A DNA stretch of 64,000 nt from an uncultured Dehalococcoidia bacterium (GCA_958296245.1 OY282458.1:1190238-1254237), one strand, 5' to 3'. Shown: positions 34,899 through 43,409, counted from the stretch's first letter. The notes: generated from the letters alone by a model not told the origin. Made by a program: numbers and translations.

Positions 34899-37263
34899 GT
34901 GAACCTGGCAGGATTCATCGACACGTTCAAGGACGCCATCGCCCAGAAGGTGGTGGAGTCCTACCCTCCTCTACCGGCCCTCGAAGAACGGACACAAGCT
35001 CCCCATGCTGCTCCGCTCCCCCCTGGGCGCGCAGGCCGACGCCATCCGCGGCGCGGCCCTCTCCCTCGAAGCCCACCGCGGCACCACCGTCGTCGGCGAG
35101 ATGGGCACGGGCAAGACCTTCATCGCCGCCGCAGCCGCTCACGTGGCGGGCTTCCAGCGCGTCCTGGTGCTCTGCCCGCCGCACCTGACCCGAAAGTGGA
35201 AGCGGGGGGTGGAGGAGACGGTGCCAGGCGCCCGCGCCGCCATCGTCGCGTCCATCACCGACCTGGAGCGCCTGCGCTTCTCCGTCGGCTCCGGCCCCCT
35301 CTTCGCCGTCATGTCCCGCGAGCGCGCCAAGCTCTCCTACCGCTGGCAGCCCGCCGTCGTCCGGCGGTGGGCCGCCTCCGGCGGCAGGCTGGTGCGGGAT
35401 GAGGTGACGGGGGAGCCGTTCCGCGTCCCCTGCTGCCCGGCCTGCAACGCCCAGATCACCGACAAGGACGGCGTGCCTCTGACGGACGCCGACCTGAACC
35501 GCAGGAAGCTCAACTGCGCCCACTGCCGTTCTCCCCTCTGGCAGGCCGACGGCAAGAGCCTCCGCAGATACCCGCTCTCGGACTACGTGAAGCACCACAT
35601 GAGGGGCTTCTTCGACCTGCTCATCGGCGACGAGGTGCACGAGTACAAGGGACGCGGCTCGGCACAGGGCATCGCCGCGGGCGTCCTCGCCGACGCCTGC
35701 GGCAAGTCCCTCAGCCTTAGCGGAACCCTCATGGGAGGCTACTCCTCAACCCTGTTCCACCTGCTCTACAGGTTCTCCCCTGAGATCAGGACGGAGTTCG
35801 GGCGCTCCGACGAGCGCCGCTGGGTCACACGCTACGGCTTCGAGGAGCACACCGTCGGCAGGCCCGACGACGATGCCGTGGAGGACGGTCGCAACAGCCG
35901 GAGGCGCAAGTACCGCAGGACGGTCAGGGAGCGGCCGGGCCTCGTACCCTCCGCCCTGTTCCACCTCATCGGCAACACGGTGTTCCTCAAGCTCGCGGAC
36001 GTGGCCTCGGGCCTGCCCTCCTACGAGGAGCAGGTGCTGCTCTCCTCGATGGACCGGGAGCCGGACCACACGGGCTACTCCCAGCGCAAGGCCTACGACA
36101 CGGTGTTCGAGGAACTGCGCAAGGCCCTGGCCGAGGCCCTGAAGAAGGGTTCGAAGCGGCTGCTGGCGACCTACCTCCAGACCCTGCTGGCCTACCCCGA
36201 CGGCTGCACCAGAGGCGAGACGGTCTTCGACCCCGCCGGCGGGAACCCCATCGTCCAGGTCCCGCCGCTGGCGGAGGACAGGCTCTACCCCAAGGAGCAG
36301 GCGCTGGTGGACCTGGTGGCGGCGGAGCGGATGGCGGGCAGGAGGGTGCTGGTGTACGCCACGCACACCGGAACCAGGGACGTCACCGAGAGGATGGACG
36401 ACATTCTCACCAAGCACGGCTTCAGGGTGGCGGTGATGAAGGCGGACGCCGTGAACCCCGACCGCAGGGAGACGTGGGTTGCCGAGAAGGTGAAGAAGGG
36501 CATCGACGTGCTCGTCTGCCACCCCAGGCTGGTGCAGACGGGCCTGGACCTGATCGACTTCCCGACCATCACCTGGTACGAGACCGACTACTCGGTCTAC
36601 GTCATGCGGCAGGCGTCGCGCCGGTCGTGGCGCATCGGCCAGACCCGGCCGGTGAAGGTCGTGTTCATGGCCTACGGGAACTCCCTACAGGCCGACGCCC
36701 TCAAGCTGGTGGCGAAGAAGCTGCAAAGCTCCCTGGCGGTGGAGGGGGAGCTGCCAGAGGACGGGCTGGCCGCCTACGGCGACGACGGGGACGACCTGAT
36801 GATGGCGTTGGCCCGCCAGATAGTGAGCGGTGAGGAGGACGACGCCGAGACGGTGGAGGCGGTGTTCGCTCAGGCCAGGGACGCCGAGGCCACCGCGGAG
36901 GAGTACCTGGTGGACGACGGCTGGAAGGCGGTGGAGATAGAGCCGGAGGCCGTAACGGTCAATGGGAACGGGAATGGCAACGGTCACGCCACTAACGGCA
37001 TCGGGCCGAGCATCGAGTTGGTTCTGGACAACGGCCACGCCAGCGGTAAAGGGAATGGTCACACCAACGGAGTTAACGGCAACGGCAGCCACGACGAGGC
37101 CGACGAGGGGCAGCAGTCGCTGTTCTCCTGGGCGGAGTTCATGGCCGAGGAGCCGATGAAGCCCAGGGTCCGCAGCCGGAAGCCTCAGATCGCATCCCTC
37201 TCGATGTTCGAGTGGGCGTTGGAGCAGGAGCGGGAGGCGGAGCCGGTCGGCGCAGGGCGTTAG
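34899..37263 (+). pseudogene. SNF2/DEAD-like helicase (ICE-type) with a 5'-proximal frameshift
   Basis: AAGGAGG (34884-34890) precedes a GTG at 34899, giving VNLAGFIDTFKDAIAQKVVESYP. The helicase frame (LYRPSKNGHKLPMLLRSPLGAQADAIRG...) is offset by 1 nt near 34965-34970. Motif I is GEMGTGKT and motif II is DEVHEY. The C-terminal helicase domain contains WRIGQTRPV. An ATG restart at 35005 is possible. Confidence 0.75.
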
Positions 37264-37277
37264 ACTGACACGCAAAG

Positions 37278-37312
37278 GGGGAGGGCATCGCTTCATCGGC
37301 GATGCCCTCCCC
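37278..37312 (+). terminator. Strong hairpin after the SNF2 gene
   Basis: GGGGAGGGCATCGC-ttcatcg-GCGATGCCCTCCCC forms a perfect 14-bp stem. Confidence 0.6.
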
Positions 37313-37433
37313 TGGCTAGTTCATGTATGCGGCCTCTTTTGCGTTTTCGGCGTTACGGACTTTCGTGTGTGCAGCCCTTTTTTTGTTGCCCGAAACCTAC
37401 GTTCCTCTCTCAGGGTTTCCGAATCGCTGTAGA

Positions 37434-37462
37434 TTGACGGCAGATACTCGTAAACCTATACT
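37434..37462 (+). promoter_or_regulatory. Candidate sigma70-type promoter for the Xis-like gene
   Basis: TTGACG (37434-37439), N17, TATACT (37457-37462). Direct repeats CTTTCATCGTAA and CTTTCATTGTAA lie just downstream. Confidence 0.45.
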
Positions 37463-37506
37463 TTCATCGTAAATTGTAGGCTTTCATTGTAAGGAGTTAG
37501 CGGGAC

Positions 37507-37743
37507 ATGGCGTCTGAAGAAGGATGGGTCGGTATTGCAGACGTGGCTGCCCACCTGAGCGTAGGTAAAGACTCTATATACCGCTGGGTTGACTCGAAAG
37601 ACTTCCCGGCGCACAAGGTAGGGCGGCTCTTACGCTTTCGGCTTTCGGAGGTGGACGATTGGGTGAAGGCAGGAGGTGGCAATAGGCCGAAGACTCATCA
37701 GGGTCGCAGGACGACGCTGGCCCAAAGTCCGAATAACGAGTAG
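37507..37743 (+). CDS. Excisionase/MerR-like HTH DNA-binding protein
   Basis: WVGIADVAAHLSVGKDSIYRWVDSKDFPAHKVGRLLRFRLSEVDDWV is the classic excisionase-family HTH pattern. Confidence 0.8.
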   Translation: MASEEGWVGIADVAAHLSVGKDSIYRWVDSKDFPAHKVGRLLRFRLSEVDDWVKAGGGNRPKTHQGRRTTLAQSPNNE

Positions 37744-37750
37744 AGCATTT

Positions 37751-38764
37751 ATGCCACGTATCTTCGACAACCTAGCGTCTGACACCAGTCTCCTGCCCGC
37801 GTTGCGGGAGACCCTAGACCTATCGTCGCGTGCGGACTTCTGCGTCGGCTATTTCAACCTGAGGGGGTGGGGTGGTCTTGCTCCGCTTGTGGATCGTTGG
37901 CAGCCGGGTGACGGCCCGTGCCGCGTGCTCATCGGGATGCAGCGACTGCCGCACGATGACCTCCGCGATGCCCTGAGTCTGATCGAAAGGCCCTCGGGCA
38001 TAGACAACCAGACGGCGCACCGCCTTAAAGTGCAACTAGCAGAGCAGCTTCGCCAGCAGCTCACCATCGGTGCTCCCACCAACGCCGACGAGAGGACCTT
38101 GCGGCAGTTGGCCTCACAGCTTCGCGCCAAGAAGGTCGTTGTCAAGCTCTTTCTCCGTCACCCGCTCCACGCGAAGCTCTACCTCCTGTTTCGCAACGAT
38201 CCCATCAACCCCATCGTCGGCTTCTTGGGAAGCAGCAACCTTACCTTCGCCGGTCTGTCGGCACAGGGCGAGTTGAACGTGGACGTGCTCGACCAAGACG
38301 CCACGGTGAAGCTCAAGCAATGGTTCGAGGACAGGTGGGACGACCGCTTCTGCGTGGACATCACGGACGAACTGCTCCAGATCATCGAAGAGAGCTGGGC
38401 GCGGGAGGCGCTGATACCTCCCTACCACGTCTACCTGAAGATGGCCTACCACCTTTCCCACGAAGCCCGCGCCGGGCTTGCCGAGTTCAGGGGATTCCCC
38501 GTCCCTGAATCGATGTTCTCTGACGCACGGCTGCGAGAACTCGGCCGGCTATACCTGAAGGACATTGACCGCAACAGCACCATGCTTGTCCGGCAACAGA
38601 AGCAGACCGGAAAGACAGAGACTCAATCCTTCAAGATTCAGAAATCCAAACCCATCATCGACAAAATCGACCGGGTGCTTGCCGAACACTACGGCTTCAC
38701 GGAGGAAGAATTGGACTTCATCATCAACTACGACATCAAATACCGCATGGGGCGGAATGCCTAA
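37751..38764 (+). CDS. Chimeric protein: N-terminal PLD-nuclease domain of a PLD-helicase fused to the C-terminal tail of a DNA methyltransferase/type IIG enzyme
   Basis: The N-terminus MPRIFDNL...RADFCVGYFNLRGW...HPLHAKLYLLF...GFLGSSNLT carries an HxK..GSxN PLD motif. After about aa 247 (nt about 38489) the sequence switches to ...IIDKIDRVLAEHYGFTEEELDFIINYDIKYRMG, a typical methylase/RM C-terminal end. No helicase motifs are present. Confidence 0.6.
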   Translation: MPRIFDNLASDTSLLPALRETLDLSSRADFCVGYFNLRGWGGLAPLVDRWQPGDGPCRVLIGMQRLPHDDLRDALSLIERPSGIDNQTAHRLKVQLAEQLRQQLTIGAPTNADERTLRQLASQLRAKKVVVKLFLRHPLHAKLYLLFRNDPINPIVGFLGSSNLTFAGLSAQGELNVDVLDQDATVKLKQWFEDRWDDRFCVDITDELLQIIEESWAREALIPPYHVYLKMAYHLSHEARAGLAEFRGFPVPESMFSDARLRELGRLYLKDIDRNSTMLVRQQKQTGKTETQSFKIQKSKPIIDKIDRVLAEHYGFTEEELDFIINYDIKYRMGRNA

Positions 38765-38782
38765 TAGCGGAGACTAGTCAAT

Positions 38783-39466
38783 ATGGAACAACTGACTGAC
38801 TACAGCGATAGTAGAAACAAGGGCTTCTGTATCCATTGCGGGAGCGGATTGAGACATGATGATTCCAATCGGGACTACGTTCCGACTCGGGGTCTCTTGA
38901 ACCCTCCTTACCCCGAGAACTTGCCCGTGGTGGATGTGTGCCGACAATGCAACTCCGGCTTCTCGTCGGATGAGGAGTACCTCATCGCCTTTCTCGGCTC
39001 AGTGCTCAGTGGTTCAACGAGACCAGACCCGGTTCGCCTTCCCACGGCCTCCGACTTATTGGCCCACAGCCCCCGATTGGGCAACCGGATTGACCGATCC
39101 CGAACAGTTCAAGGGAACCTGTGGGGCGATGCCGAAGTCTTGTGGGAGCCTGAACTCGACCGCATAGAGCGTGTCCTCGTGAAGAATGCCCGCGGGCACG
39201 TTCTCTACGAACTCGGTGAACCGATGCTTGAGCAGCCATCTCACGTGTCAGTTTGTCCGATTCAGGCGTTGACAACTCACCAAGTTGATCAGTTCGAGAA
39301 CGTTCCGTATGGCTCCGTTTGGCCGGAAGCGGGCAGCAGAATGATGCAGAGGGCGCTCATTGTTCACGGCCCCGGAGGTGCGCAAGAAGTCTACTTTGAT
39401 GGCTGGCAGGATGTTCAAGATGGCGTTTATCGCTACGCCGTTGCTCAGGTATCAGGCGGATCCTAG
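38783..39466 (+). CDS. Hypothetical zinc-ribbon/HNH-like protein
   Basis: CIHCGSGL...DYVPTRGLL...VCRQCNSGFS resembles the Cys4 scaffold of HNH-type Abi proteins, but the catalytic His position reads Asp. Confidence 0.5.
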   Translation: MEQLTDYSDSRNKGFCIHCGSGLRHDDSNRDYVPTRGLLNPPYPENLPVVDVCRQCNSGFSSDEEYLIAFLGSVLSGSTRPDPVRLPTASDLLAHSPRLGNRIDRSRTVQGNLWGDAEVLWEPELDRIERVLVKNARGHVLYELGEPMLEQPSHVSVCPIQALTTHQVDQFENVPYGSVWPEAGSRMMQRALIVHGPGGAQEVYFDGWQDVQDGVYRYAVAQVSGGS

Positions 39467-39511
39467 TAAGGATGGTACTACGCGAATACCTAGCCTGTGA
39501 GGTGGGTTGGG

Positions 39512-40165
39512 ATGAACACTAAGATGACCTATGCTGACAACCTATCCAGTCCTGCAAGCCTTCTCAGCCCTGCTGTGGAGGAGTTGCTCACTCTGGTAGG
39601 ACTAGCTTGCTACAAACCAAAACTTCAGAGCATTGCGGCGCGATTAGCAGAGGATCGCGACGCTGCGGTCCAAGATCTGTTGGTACTCGATAAGACTATC
39701 CCCGGACTTGGGTTACATAATGTCAACGAGCGGACTGCCGGCGGCGGTCTTACTGGTGTCTATAGCATACAGGACCGGCCTATATTCAGGGGAATACAGT
39801 ACGTGGGTATGTATCTCTCCTTAAGCCAGACTGAATGGCTTTCAAGGAAGATCGTCACTGATTCATGCTATCACGTCGAAGGCAGCCTCAAGCGGCGCCT
39901 CAACGTAACAGGCAATCTCTCAGTGGGTATGATACTCAAGAGACGTGGAAGCGTGCTTGACCGCAGTCTCACAGACATACTTTGGCAACTAAACAACGCG
40001 ATCTACAATAATGCCAAACATACCGTTGAAGCGATTGACTTTGACAGTCATATGTTTTCAATTGGGGATGCCATTGCGATATACCTGGTATGTAGGAACC
40101 TCGGCGTTCGTCTTCTGAAAGATCTGGGTATTGCAACAAAGTATGGTGATCCTGTGTTTGACTAG
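39512..40165 (+). CDS. Hypothetical protein (low GC)
   Basis: The ATG at 39512 follows GAGGTGG. I recognise no domain. NNAIYNNAKH is only weakly reminiscent of a HEPN Rx4-6H motif. Confidence 0.55.
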   Translation: MNTKMTYADNLSSPASLLSPAVEELLTLVGLACYKPKLQSIAARLAEDRDAAVQDLLVLDKTIPGLGLHNVNERTAGGGLTGVYSIQDRPIFRGIQYVGMYLSLSQTEWLSRKIVTDSCYHVEGSLKRRLNVTGNLSVGMILKRRGSVLDRSLTDILWQLNNAIYNNAKHTVEAIDFDSHMFSIGDAIAIYLVCRNLGVRLLKDLGIATKYGDPVFD

Positions 40166-40215
40166 GAGTTCCGACGCTAGTCAAAGCAACACACTACGTG
40201 AAGGAGTTACTAATC

Positions 40216-40449
40216 ATGCAAAAGGCACTGCACATCAGGACGACGGTACAACCAGGGGGCAGGGTGGAGGTTGCCAGCCCAGAGTTGGAGGCTGGGCAGT
40301 CGGTCGACGTGGTGGTGACGCGCTCCTCGTCTACCGAACGGCGATCCGTAGTCGACATCCTGGCCGAAGCGCCGGGGCATCGCCTCTTCACGACTGGGAA
40401 GGAAGTCGATGACTACATCAAGGAAGAGAGAGCATCGTGGGATCGCTGA
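40216..40449 (+). CDS. Type II antitoxin (VapB-like, beta-barrel type)
   Basis: GAAGGAG precedes the ATG at 40216. The protein is small and its end overlaps the PIN toxin start. Confidence 0.65.
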   Translation: MQKALHIRTTVQPGGRVEVASPELEAGQSVDVVVTRSSSTERRSVVDILAEAPGHRLFTTGKEVDDYIKEERASWDR

Positions 40450-40892
40450 CCCTACCTGCGCTCGGTCCCGTTTACCTCGACGCCAATGGCTTCATATACA
40501 GCGTGGAGCGTGTTGAGCCGTACCGCACGTTGCTCGAACCCTTGTGGCAGCAAGCACGGGCCGGTGAGTTCGATGTTGCGAGCAGCGACATCACGGTACT
40601 GGAAACGCTTGTCAAGCCGCTGCGGGAGGGCGACGTGGTTGTCGAGATGCTGCTTCGGTCGATGTTCGATGCGCATGAGGTTAGTCTAATCCCGGCCACC
40701 CGGGAACTGTGGGAGGACGCGGCACGCATCCGCGCCGATACGGGGTTGAAGACCCCCGACGCGCTTCACGCCGCGACGGCCCTTAGCATCGGCTGCACGC
40801 TCTTCATCACTAACGACACAGACTTTCGCCGTGTCGAGGGCCTGCCCATCGTCGTCCTCGACGATCTGATCGAGGCGGAAGCGGAGGCATGA
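40437..40892 (+). CDS. vapC: PIN-domain toxin (VapC-like)
   Basis: VYLDANGFIYSVE...VLETLV...DALHAATAL...FITNDTDF carries the conserved PIN acidic residues. Confidence 0.8.
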   Translation: MGSLTLPALGPVYLDANGFIYSVERVEPYRTLLEPLWQQARAGEFDVASSDITVLETLVKPLREGDVVVEMLLRSMFDAHEVSLIPATRELWEDAARIRADTGLKTPDALHAATALSIGCTLFITNDTDFRRVEGLPIVVLDDLIEAEAEA

Positions 40893-41019
40893 CCTGTGCC
40901 AGACGATAGGTTCAAATGAGCACTGCGAGGCATTTCTCGCACAGTACACCCGCAAGAACACTCAGACTGTCACCCAGCGCCTTGAAAGCCTGTGCGGGTT
41001 CCTCAGACAGAAAGGCAAC

Positions 41020-41736
41020 GTGGTGCAGACCATGTTTGGCGGTTCCGTGCGGAAGGGCACTTATGTGACCGGCCTCAGCGACGTCGATGTCCTTTTGGTA
41101 GTGAATGAGTCTTCGCTGGTCAACCAGTCTCCCTCAGATGTCATCGAGTACGTGCGAGACACCATCCAGCGACAGCTTCCGAATAACACAGTAAGCGCGG
41201 GCAAGCTGGCTGTGACAGTCAGATACGCCAAGGGGACCGAGATTCAACTACTGCCTGCCATACGGACAAGGACTGACGGCGTTCGGATTGCCGAGCCCGG
41301 AAGCACCCAGTGGAGCAACGTAGCTCGACCTGATGACTTTGCCGAGAAGCTGAGTGAGGTCAATCAAGCGAGAGGTGGCAGGGTCATACCCGTAATCAAG
41401 CTCGCCAAGGCTATGGCGGACTGCTTCATCAGCCGTCCCAGCAGGAAGATTTCTGGGTATCACATGGAGGCCCTCGCGATAGAGGCATTCAGGGACTATA
41501 CAGGCCCCCTCGACACGAAAGCCATGCTCATTCACCTGCTTGGGTACTCGATCGAGGCTGTGATGCACCCGATCACCGATTCCACGGGACAGTCAAGACA
41601 CGTGGACGAGTACCTTTGCTCAGCAGGGTCTGGGCCTCGCAAGCGGACCTCAACCTACTTCGGACAGATGCGCGGCAAGGTCAGGTCGTGCAGTACCAAG
41701 GCAGAGTTCGACGCCCTGTTCTGCGAGGGGAACTGA
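41020..41736 (+). CDS. SMODS-like nucleotidyltransferase (pol-beta fold); true 5' end unresolved
   Basis: The NTase signature is GGSVRKGTYVTGLSDVDVLLVV. A helical region VIKLAKAMADCF...ISGYHMEALAIEAF follows. The in-frame upstream peptide (EHCEAFLAQYTRKNTQTVTQRLESLCGFLRQKGN) has no ATG/GTG/TTG start. The nearest ATG (40916) is out of frame. Confidence 0.65.
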   Translation: MVQTMFGGSVRKGTYVTGLSDVDVLLVVNESSLVNQSPSDVIEYVRDTIQRQLPNNTVSAGKLAVTVRYAKGTEIQLLPAIRTRTDGVRIAEPGSTQWSNVARPDDFAEKLSEVNQARGGRVIPVIKLAKAMADCFISRPSRKISGYHMEALAIEAFRDYTGPLDTKAMLIHLLGYSIEAVMHPITDSTGQSRHVDEYLCSAGSGPRKRTSTYFGQMRGKVRSCSTKAEFDALFCEGN

Positions 41737-41751
41737 GACAGGCAATCACCG

Positions 41752-42597
41752 ATGAAGGGCAAGTTCATACTGATATCCGGCAGCGCGGGACAATCGTGCC
41801 CTGCGGACAAGCTCGATGTCGCCTCCCGGTTCGTCAGGAGCTTCACCGGAGAGGTGTTGAGTCGGGGAGGGGGAGTCGTGGTCCTTGCCGGAGACCAGGC
41901 AATCACTGACGACGAACACGGCGCGCCCCACATATTCGACTGGCTGGCACTGCGAGAGGTCGAGCGCTACGTCAATAGTACGACGGAAAGCTCTCGGTCA
42001 TACGCACGCATTGTCATGTCCGACGAAGCGCCGGAGTTGAAGATAGACGACGCCGGTCTGCTGTTGCTGAGAAACCTGGAGCAGAGAAACGCTGTGGAGC
42101 GCTACCACATACGGCGGGAGGTGTTTACTGGTGGGGAATATCGAAAGACGATGGTCGACAGGGCCGACGCCATGCTCGCAATCGGCGGGGGGAAGGGCAC
42201 TTATGCCGTAGGAACGGAGATGGCTGCGCGAGGCAAGCCCGTGTTGCCGCTCGACCTGCAACTTGGGTCCAGGGCCAACGATGGAGACGGGGCCGTTGCC
42301 TTGCACAGGGAGATGACGGCGGATCCTGGACGCTTCTTTCCGAGCACTCACCAAGGCGTGATAGACAGGGCCGGGTTGGTCTCCTTAGACCGGGGAATCA
42401 GCGACGTGGTAGCCGTGGCGCGAGTGTCGGCCGAGATGCTTGCGGGAGAGCTGGAAGTGCTTCAACTGCCGGAACAAGGCTCGACCGCCAAGGGGCGAAT
42501 GGCCGCCGCGTGGCACTTCGTTAGGGCACTCCCCTTCGTCGCATCCGCTATCAAGATAATCGAGTGGGTGAGGGGTCTGGTCCCCTTCATGCTGTGA
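41752..42597 (+). CDS. SLOG/LOG-like Rossmann-fold protein with a hydrophobic C-terminal tail
   Basis: KFILISGSAG is the Rossmann start. GGGKGTYAVGTEMAARGKPVLPLD is LOG-like. The C-terminal tail is FVRALPFVASAIKIIEWVRGLVPFML. Confidence 0.6.
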   Translation: MKGKFILISGSAGQSCPADKLDVASRFVRSFTGEVLSRGGGVVVLAGDQAITDDEHGAPHIFDWLALREVERYVNSTTESSRSYARIVMSDEAPELKIDDAGLLLLRNLEQRNAVERYHIRREVFTGGEYRKTMVDRADAMLAIGGGKGTYAVGTEMAARGKPVLPLDLQLGSRANDGDGAVALHREMTADPGRFFPSTHQGVIDRAGLVSLDRGISDVVAVARVSAEMLAGELEVLQLPEQGSTAKGRMAAAWHFVRALPFVASAIKIIEWVRGLVPFML

Positions 42598-42620
42598 GCT
42601 GACGAAATGGATCGGAGGCA

Positions 42621-43212
42621 TTGAGCCTGGAAGCTCAGCCGAAGATGAAGTCGAAGGGCAACCTCAGCCTGCTTGAAGAGCCGCTGACCGCCCTCTTCTG
42701 TTCCCAGCGCTGCCCCGGCGACCTCATTCTCAAGACCTACGATCTCGCCAGGGCTATGCGAGAAGCAAGGGTGCCGGTCGTTGGCGGCTTTCAGACACCG
42801 ATGGAGAAGGAGTGCCTTCGCTTGCTGCTCCGCGGCAGCCAGCCAGTGGTCGTCTGCCCGGCCCGCGGCATCGACAACATGCGCATCCCCCGCGACTGGC
42901 ACACCCCTCTTGCCGAGGATCGCCTGCTGGTCCTGTCGCCCTTCCCGGCCACGGCCAGACGCCCGACGGCAGAGCTCTCGGTCCAACGCAACAACCCTGG
43001 TGGCGTCGCTGGCGAGCCGGGTTTTCATCGCCCACGCCGCGCCCTGCAGCAAGACTGAGGCGTTTGCCCTCCAGCTCGCAGCCTCTGGCAAGCCTTTGCT
43101 GACTCTCGATAGCCCTTCCAATACAAACATAGTAGCGATGGGAGCGAAAACTGTAGAGACAGAGCAGGCGGATGGGGCTAACATTAGACTGGTAGACTTC
43201 GATGAGGCCTAG
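42621..43212 (+). pseudogene. Short DprA/Smf-like (SLOG superfamily) protein interrupted by a frameshift
   Basis: Frame 1 reads ...VPVVGGFQTPMEKECLRLLLRGSQPVVVCPARGI...LLVLSPF...ELSVQRN. From about 42990-42996 the family-like sequence continues in another frame (TLVASLASRVFIAHAAPCSKTEAFALQLAASGKPLLTL...) to the stop at 43212. Confidence 0.6.
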
Positions 43213-43409
43213 ACGTGCGAGCTGATTCTCAAGCTGGTTCAAAGTAAGTAATGATGGTCGAGATGAATCTCTCCCGACGAGCTCGACTTGGTCATCATGG
43301 TGGGGTTGAGTTCAAGAGTGCGTAAGGTGGAGCACGACCTCGTTTCCCGAGCGCCGACTTGACGGTAAACGACGAGTATCGTTGCTTCTAAAGCCTCATC
43401 GCCTTAGCT

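Larger units (their letters stand above)
11406..37312. mobile_element. Degraded integrative conjugative element (ICE)-like region; limits approximate
   Basis: The region contains a truncated serine recombinase, an RHH protein, an ImmA/XRE switch and a Replic_Relax protein. It also has a T4CP, VirB4, pilin-like, PrgI-like and TrbL-like genes. A primase/Rad52/SSB/RadC/MTase/SNF2 block follows. The right limit was placed at the strong hairpin after the SNF2 gene, where GC content drops. Confidence 0.7.

Noticed and set aside
34899-35402. 167-aa ORF treated as an independent gene upstream of the SNF2 helicase.
   Set aside because: Only its first ~23 codons look protein-like. The rest is R/P/H-rich read-through overlapping the helicase frame. 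It is better explained as the displaced 5' end of the SNF2 gene.
41020-43212. Calling the NTase module a canonical CBASS operon.
   Set aside because: I can recognise no CBASS effector (patatin, endonuclease, TIR, or 2TM/4TM pore protein) and no Cap2/Cap3-type accessory genes. The partners are SLOG-fold proteins, so only the broader SMODS-SLOG description is justified.
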